Assembly (NCBI GenBank): GCA_021733835.1
Contig: JAIPKD010000004.1
Span: 1,771-65,770 of the forward strand
Origin: Verrucomicrobiota bacterium
GTDB taxonomy: Bacteria; Verrucomicrobiota; Verrucomicrobiia; Limisphaerales; JAIPKD01
Reading direction: 5' to 3'
DNA: 64,000 nucleotides
In this document: in pieces, positions 11,162-21,138 of the stretch
Position numbering within the stretch: the first letter of the stretch is position 1
How the letters are laid out: each line of letters starts with the position of its first letter
Made by a program: the position numbers and the translations under genes
The notes under the pieces: generated by a model
Databases searched by the model: none
Told to the model about the DNA's origin: nothing
Seen by the model: the letters and a program-made list of their open reading frames with translations, nothing else

Positions 11162-13504
11162 TCACGACCGTTCGACGGCGACACGCAATGCTTTTAATTC
11201 GCACGGGTAAAAGTCCAGACTTAATTTACCGTCATCGACGACTACCGGTTCGCCGGTGGCTGCATCAAAGACTCGGCCAACGCCGGGAAGCTCGACTGTC
11301 ACGTTCTTCGATGCGAGGCCTGTATTGACCAGGGAATAATAGACGCCATGCTCTCGTGTTTTGATTTTACGAATCACGATTTCATTATCGTCACACGCGC
11401 CGCCGACAACGACGCTCGGCAGCGCAGGCAATGAGAGGAAGGCCATGTTGAATCTCCTCGCGTACGCGGGGAAACTCCGTGTAAACGAGTTACCGGCCAA
11501 GTATCCGATCATCGTAGGATCGCCGTTTGCCACAGCGCGCGCCTCGGCCAACATACAGTAGGGCCCTGCGCGTTCGATATCGCAAACAAAATATCCAAGC
11601 TTAGGCTCGCCGTCGGAATCGAACATCATATCTTCATTAAGCGAGTAATGCCGAATTATCGCCAAGCCCGAAGGCCCGCGGAAGGTGTTGAAGGTTTCCG
11701 GTTTCCCAACCGTGTATGCGCGGTTGAAGGCGTGCGTCATCAGGACACCGCCGGTATCTTTGTAATTCAATGGATCAGGCGGCATATTCGCATGATGCAC
11801 CTCCCAACCGCCCCAGGTCGGCGGCATAGCCGTCAGCGCCTCTTCGTACATGCCCTCGTCGATGACGCGTTTGAATGACAAGACCTCGAAGGATTGCGAG
11901 TCCGTGTTGTGCTCGGGTTTGCTCAGAATTCTCTCCCACACATCCGGCCGGCCGGTCACGACATACCTGTCCCATTCGGGAAAAGATACTCCCGGCTCGG
12001 CGGCGCACGCGGTGAACAAGACCATGGCGTCAGGAACACCCGATTCGCGCAAGTAATCGCGCATCGCGACGAGGAATTGTCTGCGCTTCCCATACCACCA
12101 GTGGTAGTACCTTTGAAGGAGCTCGGCGTCCTCCGCCAATTCGGCCTTTGTCACAGGCTTGTCGTCGTTGACCTCGGCGGCGAAGCGACGACGCGTCTCA
12201 TCGCCGAACCCTATGGGCAATTGCGAACGCGGCCGAATCCAGGCGCCTACAAATCGCGCCTCGTCTGCGTATCGCAGGATCGTGAGCTTGAGCATTTTCT
12301 TGAAGTCCTCGTAGGTATCGGGGTCTGTGATATCCGCGTTTGCGGTCTCGATCCATTCTATGTGCGTATACGCATCATCGCGCGTAAGCGGTCGGGCTCT
12401 ACGTTTGAAGCCCAGGCCATTCTTACCCTTGCTCCCTGAATATTCGTAATACGGCAATATATCGAAACCCTCGCCGGCCATAAGCTCGACGATGCCGCGC
12501 CATAGGTCCTTCAGTTCGGCATTGAAGTAAACCCAATCATTGCCACCGCCTGCAATCGGATTCCAATGCTGACACGCACCAAATTCCAGCAGGTCCTTCG
12601 AATAGGTATTCATCGCCAGCAAATGCATCAAATCCGCCTTGTACCGGTACCAGTCCAATCGCTCACTAACACCCCGTTTTCCGTCCGGCGTCTCCAAAAT
12701 TCCATCCGACATCTCCTCGCGCCAGAATAGGTGACGCCGCGGAAGCCCGGCGGGAGGGAAGTTCACATCCGCCTTCAACTGTTCCGGCTCCGGCACCATG
12801 TACAATCGTATCTCGGCAACAGCCGCGCCGGCGGACATGGGCATATCCTTCGCCGAAAATTGCGCTATTGCGACTGTGAATCCGTCCGCCGGCTCGAATT
12901 CACGCGGCCCGCCACCGCGAATGCCGCCCTTGACCGGGAACCTGTCGTGAAGCCGGAAATACATCCGCGCCGATTCATACTCACCGCTCAAGGGTATCGC
13001 AATGGATTCGACAAGATTATCCACATACCGCTGATGCAACGCGTCGCCCAAGGTCGCGCCCGTATGAAAGCCGCGGAACACTTCGCAGCCGTCGTTGCGG
13101 ATCAAGAGAGTTCTAGGCTTGTCCTCCGGATACGCTATCTCAAGCACATACGCCGCGCCCGGCGCCAGCCGCTTACCCTCGCCGATACGGAAGCTGATGT
13201 AACTCGCCTCCCCCTCGACTTTATTCAACACACGACAGCTTCTGCCGAGAATGGTCTCCACGCGGCTGCAGCCGGCCGGATTCTCCTCGAAGCGATGCCC
13301 GGGCTCGACCGCGCCGCAGTCAATCTCATCAACCAGATACACCTCGCCGAACGGATACCCGATGTCCACCACTTCACGCTGTTCCGCCTCTGGTACAGCT
13401 CGATCGGCTGATACCCTCGGCACGGCTTCGGTGACGGCCCGTGCTTTGACGTAGCCGCATATAAACAAAACGGTTAGGACACAAATAACCGGATATCGAT
13501 ACAT
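11162..13504 (-). CDS. secreted hypothetical protein, possible glycoside-hydrolase-like TIM barrel
   Basis: 780-aa ORF with a signal peptide, aromatic-rich; family not recognised. Confidence 0.65.
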   Translation of the reverse strand: MYRYPVICVLTVLFICGYVKARAVTEAVPRVSADRAVPEAEQREVVDIGYPFGEVYLVDEIDCGAVEPGHRFEENPAGCSRVETILGRSCRVLNKVEGEASYISFRIGEGKRLAPGAAYVLEIAYPEDKPRTLLIRNDGCEVFRGFHTGATLGDALHQRYVDNLVESIAIPLSGEYESARMYFRLHDRFPVKGGIRGGGPREFEPADGFTVAIAQFSAKDMPMSAGAAVAEIRLYMVPEPEQLKADVNFPPAGLPRRHLFWREEMSDGILETPDGKRGVSERLDWYRYKADLMHLLAMNTYSKDLLEFGACQHWNPIAGGGNDWVYFNAELKDLWRGIVELMAGEGFDILPYYEYSGSKGKNGLGFKRRARPLTRDDAYTHIEWIETANADITDPDTYEDFKKMLKLTILRYADEARFVGAWIRPRSQLPIGFGDETRRRFAAEVNDDKPVTKAELAEDAELLQRYYHWWYGKRRQFLVAMRDYLRESGVPDAMVLFTACAAEPGVSFPEWDRYVVTGRPDVWERILSKPEHNTDSQSFEVLSFKRVIDEGMYEEALTAMPPTWGGWEVHHANMPPDPLNYKDTGGVLMTHAFNRAYTVGKPETFNTFRGPSGLAIIRHYSLNEDMMFDSDGEPKLGYFVCDIERAGPYCMLAEARAVANGDPTMIGYLAGNSFTRSFPAYARRFNMAFLSLPALPSVVVGGACDDNEIVIRKIKTREHGVYYSLVNTGLASKNVTVELPGVGRVFDAATGEPVVVDDGKLSLDFYPCELKALRVAVERS

Positions 13505-13673
13505 AACAGACCTCTCTTATTTAACGTGTTCTACATTATCCCGATAATCTTCATTCCGACGCAACTCGGCGTAAAACGCACCAATATTATGGCTATGGCA
13601 CAGATTATGAGAAGCAAACAGTATGCCGATTTGTTTATTGATCAACCTACGGCATTCGACTATACTAGCGTTA

Positions 13674-15176
13674 ATGGCACAGGGTTTATTCTTGGCACAA
13701 AAAATGGCGCTGGCGCAGACGCTTGCGCCGCAGCTACAGCAGTCGCTCATACTGCTCCAGGCCCCGACAATGGAGCTTAAGGCGCTTGTCGAGCAGGAAC
13801 TGCAAATGAACCCCGTCCTCGAAGAAACCGTTGCCGCCGAAACACATGAAGAACAGACTCAAGACGACTCTATACGCGAAGTCGACCCGGCGGAGCCGCC
13901 GGCGGATGTCTCCTACGATCCCGCAACCGACCGTGATAAAGGGCCGGCCGACGATTTCGAGGCCGAGTTCGAGCGCCTATCGCAAATGGATCAGGAATGG
14001 CGCGAACACTTCTCTCAAACAAACCTGCCGTTACGTCAAAAAGAGGAGGAAGACGAAAAACGCCAGTTCATGTTCGATTCCCTCGTTTCGACTACGTCAC
14101 TACAGGAGCACTTAATTGAACAAATCCGCATGTCGGAGATACCCGAAGAGAAATATCCGGTCGCTGAAATGATCGTCGGGAATATCGACGACAACGGTTA
14201 CCTCCAGGCCTCCGTAAACGAACTCGCATTCTCCACAAACATAGCCGCCGAAGAAATCAGTTCCATCCTCGAAATCATTCAAACATTCCATCCGCCGGGT
14301 GTCGGCGCAAGAGACCTCCGCGAATGCCTGCTCCTGCAGCTGGAACGCCTCGAACGCAGTGATACCCTCGAATATATAATCGTTCGCGACTACATGCAGG
14401 CGCTGGGAAAACGCAAGTTCCCCGAAATCGCCAAGCAATTATCGTCAAGGAACGATTCGGAAGTCACCATCGAACAAGTGCAGGACGCCGCAAAACGAAT
14501 TGTGACGCTCGAACCGCGTCCCGGCAGCGAGTTCCAGACGTCGGAGCCGCAATACATCGTGCCCGAGGTGTTCGTCGAGAAAAACGGCGACGAATACGAG
14601 GTGATTTACGATAACCAACACTTCCCCCACCTGCGTATCAGCAATGCGTACAAAGACATTATGTCAAAATCCGACAGCTCCTCGGAGGTGAGAAATTACA
14701 TCAGGGACAAGATACGCGCGGGCAAGTTTCTCATCAAAAGCATACATCAACGCCGCGACACCATCCTGAATATCGCCAGAGAAATCGTTCACCGCCAAAG
14801 AGAATTCCTCGACCACGGCATCTCACATCTCAAACCAATGACCATGCTCCAGGTCTCGGAAGTCGTCGGCGTCCACGAAACCACCGTCAGCCGCGCCGTC
14901 TCCGGTAAGTACATGCAAACGCCCCAAGGCATATTCGAGATGAAGTTCTTCTTCACTTCGGGTATTAGGACACATGACGGCAATGACGTATCAAACGCGA
15001 GCATCAAGGATATGATAAACGAATTCGTCAGAAAAGAGGACAAATCCAAACCCCTTTCCGACGACGCAATCGTAAACCTCCTCGCCGAACAAGGCATCAA
15101 AATCGCGCGCAGAACCGTCGCCAAGTACCGAACCGAACTCAACATCCTCCCCTCGAACATGCGCAAGGTCTATTGA
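13674..15176 (+). CDS. rpoN: RNA polymerase sigma-54 factor
   Basis: Q/L-rich region I, HETTVSRA helix-turn-helix, RpoN box ARRTVAKYR. Confidence 0.97.
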   Translation: MAQGLFLAQKMALAQTLAPQLQQSLILLQAPTMELKALVEQELQMNPVLEETVAAETHEEQTQDDSIREVDPAEPPADVSYDPATDRDKGPADDFEAEFERLSQMDQEWREHFSQTNLPLRQKEEEDEKRQFMFDSLVSTTSLQEHLIEQIRMSEIPEEKYPVAEMIVGNIDDNGYLQASVNELAFSTNIAAEEISSILEIIQTFHPPGVGARDLRECLLLQLERLERSDTLEYIIVRDYMQALGKRKFPEIAKQLSSRNDSEVTIEQVQDAAKRIVTLEPRPGSEFQTSEPQYIVPEVFVEKNGDEYEVIYDNQHFPHLRISNAYKDIMSKSDSSSEVRNYIRDKIRAGKFLIKSIHQRRDTILNIAREIVHRQREFLDHGISHLKPMTMLQVSEVVGVHETTVSRAVSGKYMQTPQGIFEMKFFFTSGIRTHDGNDVSNASIKDMINEFVRKEDKSKPLSDDAIVNLLAEQGIKIARRTVAKYRTELNILPSNMRKVY

Positions 15177-15357
15177 TTGTCCTGGGTCACGTCCCGCCAT
15201 ATTAATGTGAAAGGAGAGGCATGGAATTAGAAATGACCAAGTCGGGAACGCGGACGTGAACAACATCTGATCTCAGATCACTCAACAACTCAACAGCTTA
15301 TTATGATAAATGTCGCTGTGTATTAGCTTTTTAAGCAATTTATCACTGAGTCTTTCG

Positions 15358-15432
15358 GACGAACTCTTAAGCTCACTGGTTTTTACGACGAAGCGCGGCG
15401 GAGTAAAAAAACAGAGAAGCGATTTGTTAGCC
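15358..15432 (-). other. integron attC-like recombination site
   Basis: Directly after the stop codon on the minus strand: GGCTAAC ... CTCTGTTTTTTTACTCCG / CGTAAAAACCAGTGAG ... GTTCGTC, an imperfect palindrome with AAC and GTT ends. Confidence 0.7.
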
Positions 15433-15434
15433 GA

Positions 15435-15965
15435 TTACCAGTGGTGCCCATCCAAAACCTTGTCTGGAGGGCCGAAAACCTGTTCAAGATCTGCTTGTGA
15501 CAATGGAAGGGTATAAAAACGCTTTTCGTCTTCGCGACTTATCGCGACATCGTCACGCAGCAGTAGCTCGACAAGCGTGTCACCAACAAACAAACAAGAA
15601 ATGCCGCGCGTAGCGAACTCATGCGAAACGTCGCGATGTGTGCCGAGTCTCTTGTCATAATACTGACGCCGATAGTCGCGATGAACCTCCTTCAAACCTG
15701 CCTGCCTCAAACCATTGTAGGTCAATGATGCTTGATCTATGATCCGTCCATCCAGCAACCGTAAGCAAAAGCGCGGCGCAGAATCATCCGCTGGTCGCGT
15801 GATCGTGACCTCGTGATACAAGGGCGCGGCACCCGTTTGGAGAGCTGCTCGCGCAGACATAGAACCACTCTCGATGTAACGAATGTTGGGGCGAACGCAG
15901 CCGGATATTAAAACCACGCAGAGAACAGCAATATAACTAGAATGTAGAATTGCGATCATCGGCAC
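15435..15965 (-). CDS. hypothetical lipoprotein-like protein (gene cassette)
   Basis: Hydrophobic N-terminus with LISGC lipobox-like motif; followed by attC. Confidence 0.65.
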   Translation of the reverse strand: MPMIAILHSSYIAVLCVVLISGCVRPNIRYIESGSMSARAALQTGAAPLYHEVTITRPADDSAPRFCLRLLDGRIIDQASLTYNGLRQAGLKEVHRDYRRQYYDKRLGTHRDVSHEFATRGISCLFVGDTLVELLLRDDVAISREDEKRFYTLPLSQADLEQVFGPPDKVLDGHHW

Positions 15966-16142
15966 TATTCAATTATTAGAAATACTTTCCTATCATGTTG
16001 ATATTAGCGACAAACTAGAGATTAATTACTTAAAAAGCCATTAAAAAAGCGACATTTATCGGAATAAACTTTGTATTTGTAAGTGCTTGTTTCTAACGAA
16101 TTGATTTCTGTCCCTGATACGCACAGTTGCGCTGAATCCGGC

Positions 16143-16173
16143 GGAGCGCGGCTGTGTCCGCAGGACCAGCCGC
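16143..16173. repeat. REP-like element, family A
   Basis: GGAGCGCGGCTGTGTCCGCAGGACCAGCCGC. Confidence 0.75.
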
Positions 16174-16210
16174 GGTTTCATTTCGATTACCAACCGTCCG
16201 TGCATTTTAG

Positions 16211-16240
16211 AATCCTGTAGGGATGAAATATTTATAGCAA
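16211..16240. repeat. REP-like element, family B
   Basis: AATCCTGTAGGGATGAAATATTTATAGC, related to copies at 25605-25720. Confidence 0.6.
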
Positions 16241-16283
16241 AAAGCCAACAAACAGAATAAGTCTTGTAGTGTCCCGAATGTTT

Positions 16284-19200
16284 TCATATCGCAGTCCACT
16301 CTTTACAGAGAACCTCCGCCTGCTCCAGAACGGTTTGAGTTGCTTTTTCCTGTTTGTCGGGTGGATAGCCGTATTTGCGCAGAATACGTTTCACAATCAC
16401 CCGTATCTGGGCGCGGGCATTTTCGCGAACAGTCCAGTCTATGCTTACGCTCCGCCTGACCGCTTCAACCAGTTCGTGCGCAATCGTCTTCAGCGTTTCA
16501 TCCCCCAGAACCTTCACCGCACTGTCGTTAACCTCAAGCGCATCGTAGAAGGCGATTTCATCATCGGTCATGCCGAGATCATCGCCACGCCGCTGAGCCT
16601 CGCGAATTTCCTTGGCTAACTTGATTAATTCCTCAATGACCTGTGCTGCCTCAATTGCACGATTCTGGTATTTCCGTATGGCCTTTTCAAGCATGTCTGC
16701 AAAGGATCGCGCTTGAACAATGTTCTTGCGAGAATTCGTCTTGATCTCATCGTTCAGGAGTTTTCTCAGTAATTCCACCGCAAGGTTCCGGTGAGGAAGC
16801 TGCCGCACTTCCTGGAGGAAGTCATCCGATAGTATTGAAATGTCGGGTTTCTTGAGGCCCGCCGCTGCGAAAATGTCGATGACCTCTTCTGAGGCCACGG
16901 CCCGAGATACCAGCTGGCGAATCGCGGTATCCATCTCTTCGGGGCTCTTGCCTTCGCCTTCAACCGTTGCTTTGGCCAGCCCGGCGCGGACCTCCTGGAA
17001 GAATCCCACTTCATCACGAATTTTAAGAGCTTCCTCGTGCGGAACAGCGAGAGCAAAAGCCTTCGACAGCGCCGTAACTTCTGTCAGATAGCGCTTTTTG
17101 CCACCTGTCTGCCGCGTCGCATTGCTTTGCGGCGCAGGCAGATCCTCCAGTTGAAGAATATGTTCTATGGCGGCCGCAATGCCGGCAATACGCCTGCCTG
17201 CGCCGCGCACGTCGCGGCAGGCAGGCTTTGCCGGTTCTGCTTTGAGAACAGAGGTGTAATCGAAACCGTGGAACATGGAGAGGACAATTTCGAACTTCTC
17301 CAACATCACCGCAACGGCTTCTTCCTGGTTGATGGCCGCCTTGCCGCGGCCGCCCGCTTCGGTATAGTCCGCAAGGGCTCGTTTCAACTGATCCGCAAGG
17401 CCGAGGTAGTCAACGACCAGTCCGCCCGGCTTATCTTTGAACACCCGGTTAACGCGGGCTATCGCCTGCATCAGACCGTGTCCCCGCATCGGCTTGTCGA
17501 CGTACATCGTATGCAGCGACGGGCAGTCGAACCCCGTCAACCACATATCCCGCACGATCACCACCTTCATAGGATCGCTCGGGTCTTTGAACCTCTTGGC
17601 CAGGGCCTCACGCCGCGGTTTGCTCCGAATATGGGACTGCCATTCAGCGCGATCAGATGCGGAACCGGACATGACGATTTTCAACACGCCTTTGTCGCCT
17701 GCCTGCCGCGACGCTTTGCTTTGCGGCGCAGGCAGGTCGTCCTCGCTATGCCAATCCGGCCCCAGCTTCACGATGGCGTTGTACATATCCACACAGATTC
17801 GACGGCTCATGCAAACCACCATGGCCTTGCCGTCTAATGCCAGCAGGCGGTCTTCAAAATGGTTCACGAGGTCTTCCGCAACGAGCGAGATTCGCTTTTC
17901 CGTGCCGACCATCGCTTCAAGAGCAGCCCACTTGGTGCGCAGCCTCTGCTTATAGGACTCTTCCTCCCCCTCGGTGATCTCTTCAAACTCCGGGTCGATT
18001 GTCGGCTTTTCCTCTTCCCGCAAATCGATCTTTGCCAGTCTTCCTTCGTAAAAGATGGGAACGGTAGCGCCGTCTTCGACCGCCCGCAGGATGTCGTATT
18101 TATCGATGTAGTCGCCGAAGACCGCCGGCGTGCTGCGGTCGTCACGTTCGATGGGCGTACCCGTAAACCCAATGAAGGACGCATTCGGCAGAGCGTCGTG
18201 CATGTGGCGCGCGAATCCGTCGATGAAGTCATACTGACTGCGGTGCGCTTCATCGGCAATGACCACGGTATTCCGACGAGTGGATAGTTCGGGGTATTGC
18301 CGGCCCTTTTCGTCAGGCCTGCCTGCGCCGCGTCCGTCGCGGCAGGCAGGCAGAAATTTCTGAATCGTCGTGAAAACCACCCCGCCTGAAGGAACCTGAA
18401 GCAGCTCCTTCAAATGCTCCCGGCTTTCAGCCTGAACGGGTGTCTGGCGAAGCAGATCACGGCAGGATGAAAACGTGCCAAAGAGCTGATCGTCCAGGTC
18501 GTTCCGGTCGGTTATCATCAGCAATGTAGGGTTTTCCATGGCCGGATGACGGATGATCTTTCCGGCGAAAAACGCCATCAAAAGGCTCTTGCCGCTTCCC
18601 TGGGTATGCCAGATTACCCCGATACGGCGACCGCCGAAGTGTTCGGTTCCAGAGCCATAAGCGGCCTGCGGATCGCGAACCTCATACGGATTGTACGCGT
18701 CATGCTCCGGGAAGCGGGCATACAGCATGTCCGGCTCAGCTTTTATGCCGCAAGCTGACAGGGCATATTCAACCGCCTTATTCACCGCATGGAACTGGTG
18801 ATAACCCGCCGCTTTCTTGACAATCGCGGCACCATCATCCTCGAACACGACAAAGTTCAATACAAGGTCGAGAAACCGCCGTTTTTCAAAAACACCCTTG
18901 AGCAGCACTTCGAGTTCCACCTGTCTGCGTGCGGACACGCACAGGCAGGCAGAACCTCTCGGAGCGACTTCTTTGCCGTCAATCGTGCGCCACGGCACGA
19001 ACCGGTCCCATCCGCTGGTGAGCGTCCCGCCGCGTGCCTCCAGGCCGTCGGAAATGACAAGCAACTCGTTGTAGATGAAGAGACCGGGGATATCGCTTTT
19101 GTAGGTTTGAAGCTGGTTGAAGGCATGGCGGATGGTAGTCTTCTCATCCGCAGGATTCTTGAGCTCGATCACGCCCAGGGGCAGGCCATTGACAAAAACC

Positions 19201-19634
19201 AGAATATCGGGCCGCCTATTCTTTCGATCCTCGATGACGGTGAACTGATTGACAGCGAGCCAGTCATTGTTCTCCAGGTCCCCAAGGTCGAGAAGCCAGA
19301 CCTTGTCGTGCACCTCGCGGCCGTCCTGCATATAGGAGATATCCACGCCATCGGTAAGCATTCGATGGAAACGCTGATTGTTCTCGATCAGGCTGGGTGA
19401 TTCGGTGCGCGTGATTTTCCGGACAGCCTCGCCAATGGCATCCGGCGGGATGTTTGAATTGATGTTTTTAAGCGCGATCTGAAGCCTTCCAATCAAGACG
19501 ACCTGATCGTAATCCTGGCGTTCGCAGGCCGGACCGTCCGGGCTGATATCAGGGCCGAAGGCGGTCTGCCAGCCGAAAGATTCAAACCAGTCGAGGGCGG
19601 TTTGTTCCAGGGTGGTTTCACTCAGACTGGTCAT
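16284..19634 (-). CDS. hsdR: type I restriction enzyme R subunit with five in-frame palindromic inserts
   Basis: RPD...ELKN nuclease motif, [37 protein letters not shown]. Confidence 0.95.
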   Translation of the reverse strand: MTSLSETTLEQTALDWFESFGWQTAFGPDISPDGPACERQDYDQVVLIGRLQIALKNINSNIPPDAIGEAVRKITRTESPSLIENNQRFHRMLTDGVDISYMQDGREVHDKVWLLDLGDLENNDWLAVNQFTVIEDRKNRRPDILVFVNGLPLGVIELKNPADEKTTIRHAFNQLQTYKSDIPGLFIYNELLVISDGLEARGGTLTSGWDRFVPWRTIDGKEVAPRGSACLCVSARRQVELEVLLKGVFEKRRFLDLVLNFVVFEDDGAAIVKKAAGYHQFHAVNKAVEYALSACGIKAEPDMLYARFPEHDAYNPYEVRDPQAAYGSGTEHFGGRRIGVIWHTQGSGKSLLMAFFAGKIIRHPAMENPTLLMITDRNDLDDQLFGTFSSCRDLLRQTPVQAESREHLKELLQVPSGGVVFTTIQKFLPACRDGRGAGRPDEKGRQYPELSTRRNTVVIADEAHRSQYDFIDGFARHMHDALPNASFIGFTGTPIERDDRSTPAVFGDYIDKYDILRAVEDGATVPIFYEGRLAKIDLREEEKPTIDPEFEEITEGEEESYKQRLRTKWAALEAMVGTEKRISLVAEDLVNHFEDRLLALDGKAMVVCMSRRICVDMYNAIVKLGPDWHSEDDLPAPQSKASRQAGDKGVLKIVMSGSASDRAEWQSHIRSKPRREALAKRFKDPSDPMKVVIVRDMWLTGFDCPSLHTMYVDKPMRGHGLMQAIARVNRVFKDKPGGLVVDYLGLADQLKRALADYTEAGGRGKAAINQEEAVAVMLEKFEIVLSMFHGFDYTSVLKAEPAKPACRDVRGAGRRIAGIAAAIEHILQLEDLPAPQSNATRQTGGKKRYLTEVTALSKAFALAVPHEEALKIRDEVGFFQEVRAGLAKATVEGEGKSPEEMDTAIRQLVSRAVASEEVIDIFAAAGLKKPDISILSDDFLQEVRQLPHRNLAVELLRKLLNDEIKTNSRKNIVQARSFADMLEKAIRKYQNRAIEAAQVIEELIKLAKEIREAQRRGDDLGMTDDEIAFYDALEVNDSAVKVLGDETLKTIAHELVEAVRRSVSIDWTVRENARAQIRVIVKRILRKYGYPPDKQEKATQTVLEQAEVLCKEWTAI

Positions 19635-20308
19635 CGCTTCCTCCGTGCCTGAACGCGCCGCTGATAGAGTCGCTCAGTAAACCCGCCTTCTTTTTCAAAG
19701 GATTCGGCCTGAGAGGCAAGCTGTCGGTCCAAAAGGCTGCACGCCACGGCAATTAAAACTAAAGCGGCATTGGCCGCGATTTCTGCGTAAGTAGACTGAG
19801 TGGACTCTTTGGACTTCATAGACGGTCCACCATGTCCACTTTGTCCATGTTGTCCATTCCCATCATGAACTTCCTTCACCCACTGTGCCACCTCATCCGC
19901 GGTAGCGCAACGCCGGTTGATCAGCTCTGCCCGGCGCGGATCTTCCCGCTCCCACTGTGGCAAACACCGTTGCCGCAGAAAATCCTCATAATCCAAGCGC
20001 AGTTCCTCCAGACTGGCCCGGGCCACATTGGTCAGTTTCAGCTCGGTCTTTTTGGATGTTCCAGAAGCCTTGCTGCCTTCGGCGATGTTCTGCACCCCCG
20101 ACCGCGCCGCTTGCACCATCTGGTCCTTTGTCCGGCTGAACCTGTCAACATAGCGGTCACAGAATCGAACCGTCATATCATAAACAAGCTGCGCGACCTG
20201 AAAGCTCTTCAGATTACGGTAACCGCCGTGCTTTGGAATCAGTCCCTCAGAAATTTTGCTTCCCGTTCCGCGTCCACCCCGTCCATGTTGTCCACTATGT
20301 CCACTCAT
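19631..20308 (-). CDS. four-helix-bundle (23S rRNA IVP-like) protein with suffix domain
   Basis: [37 protein letters not shown]. Confidence 0.88.
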   Translation of the reverse strand: MSGHSGQHGRGGRGTGSKISEGLIPKHGGYRNLKSFQVAQLVYDMTVRFCDRYVDRFSRTKDQMVQAARSGVQNIAEGSKASGTSKKTELKLTNVARASLEELRLDYEDFLRQRCLPQWEREDPRRAELINRRCATADEVAQWVKEVHDGNGQHGQSGHGGPSMKSKESTQSTYAEIAANAALVLIAVACSLLDRQLASQAESFEKEGGFTERLYQRRVQARRKR

Positions 20309-20532
20309 AAGCCAGCCTCCCGGCAGGTTGTTTCCAAAATGGAAACAACTGAATCCTCATCAAGTTCGCAGGATTCAAAGATGTTCTTCAGATGTTTACT
20401 GACAGCCGGCACCTTTACATTGAACATCCCGGCCAACGCCTTCTGCGTCAGCCAGAAATTCTCGTCATGATACAAGACGCCGACTTTTTTGTCGCCTTCC
20501 GGGGTGCTGTATAGGATGATTTCGTTTTTCAT
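20305..20532 (-). pseudogene. truncated RhuM-family protein N-terminus
   Basis: EIILYSTPEG..ENFWLTQKALAGMFNV..SKHLKNIFES..SVVSILETT, then an abrupt end at a CCTGCCGGGAGGCTGGC element. Confidence 0.7.
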
Positions 20533-20960
20533 AGGTCGTTCACCACCCGATGGATACCGTTTTTCACCATTCGTTCACCGAAATTTACGACCAGCCCCAG
20601 CTTCAATCCGGTCAGGCGAAGATAGGTCAATGTCTGGGTTTCAAATATCTGGTTATATTGGGAAGTAGCCTTACATTCCACAATGACTTTGCCGTCAACG
20701 ATCAAATCAATACGAAGTGGTGTTGAGAGCGTCTGCCCTTTATAGGGTATCGGCAAAGATACCTGACGCTGAATTTGAAGTCCGGCATGGTTCAATTCCC
20801 AGGCAAGGGCTTCTTCATATACGCTTTCCAGCAGACCGGGGCCGCCAAGGGTCCGGTGTACTTCGATAGCGCAACGGACAATCTCGCGGCTGATCTCGTT
20901 TTCGGAATTAACGCAAGGACGCGAAGGCGCAAAGATTTTGTTTATTATCCCTTGCGTCAT
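20529..20960 (-). CDS. GxxExxY family protein (PD-(D/E)XK-like)
   Basis: GPGLLESVYEEAL, RIDLIV..VIVECK, LGLVVNFG. Confidence 0.92.
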   Translation of the reverse strand: MTQGIINKIFAPSRPCVNSENEISREIVRCAIEVHRTLGGPGLLESVYEEALAWELNHAGLQIQRQVSLPIPYKGQTLSTPLRIDLIVDGKVIVECKATSQYNQIFETQTLTYLRLTGLKLGLVVNFGERMVKNGIHRVVNDL

Positions 20961-21138
20961 GGCGTCCCTGCGTCTTTACGTTTTTTTCCTTCATAAGCCG
21001 GCATCAACTCCCATAACTCGTTTTGATGGAGCCGGATCGGATCAGCATTATTTTATACGATTGCGCGGATTTTCTTGAGGATTCGCACGCATCTACATAA
21101 GCTAACAGGCAATCGCTACAAAAAAAGCCTAATAAACT

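Larger units (their letters stand above)
15295..16070. mobile_element. non-autonomous element bounded by about 50-bp imperfect inverted repeats
   Basis: Left 15295-15344 versus reverse complement of 16020-16070 share GATAAATGTCGCT and GCTTTTTAAG blocks; no transposase inside. Confidence 0.6.

Noticed and set aside
10286-13504. The 780-aa ORF ends in TGA immediately in frame with the MBL hydrolase ORF, a possible second read-through
   Set aside because: No hairpin or Cys follows the TGA, the proteins are unrelated (secreted versus cytoplasmic), and the MBL gene has its own plausible start at 11092 or 11080.
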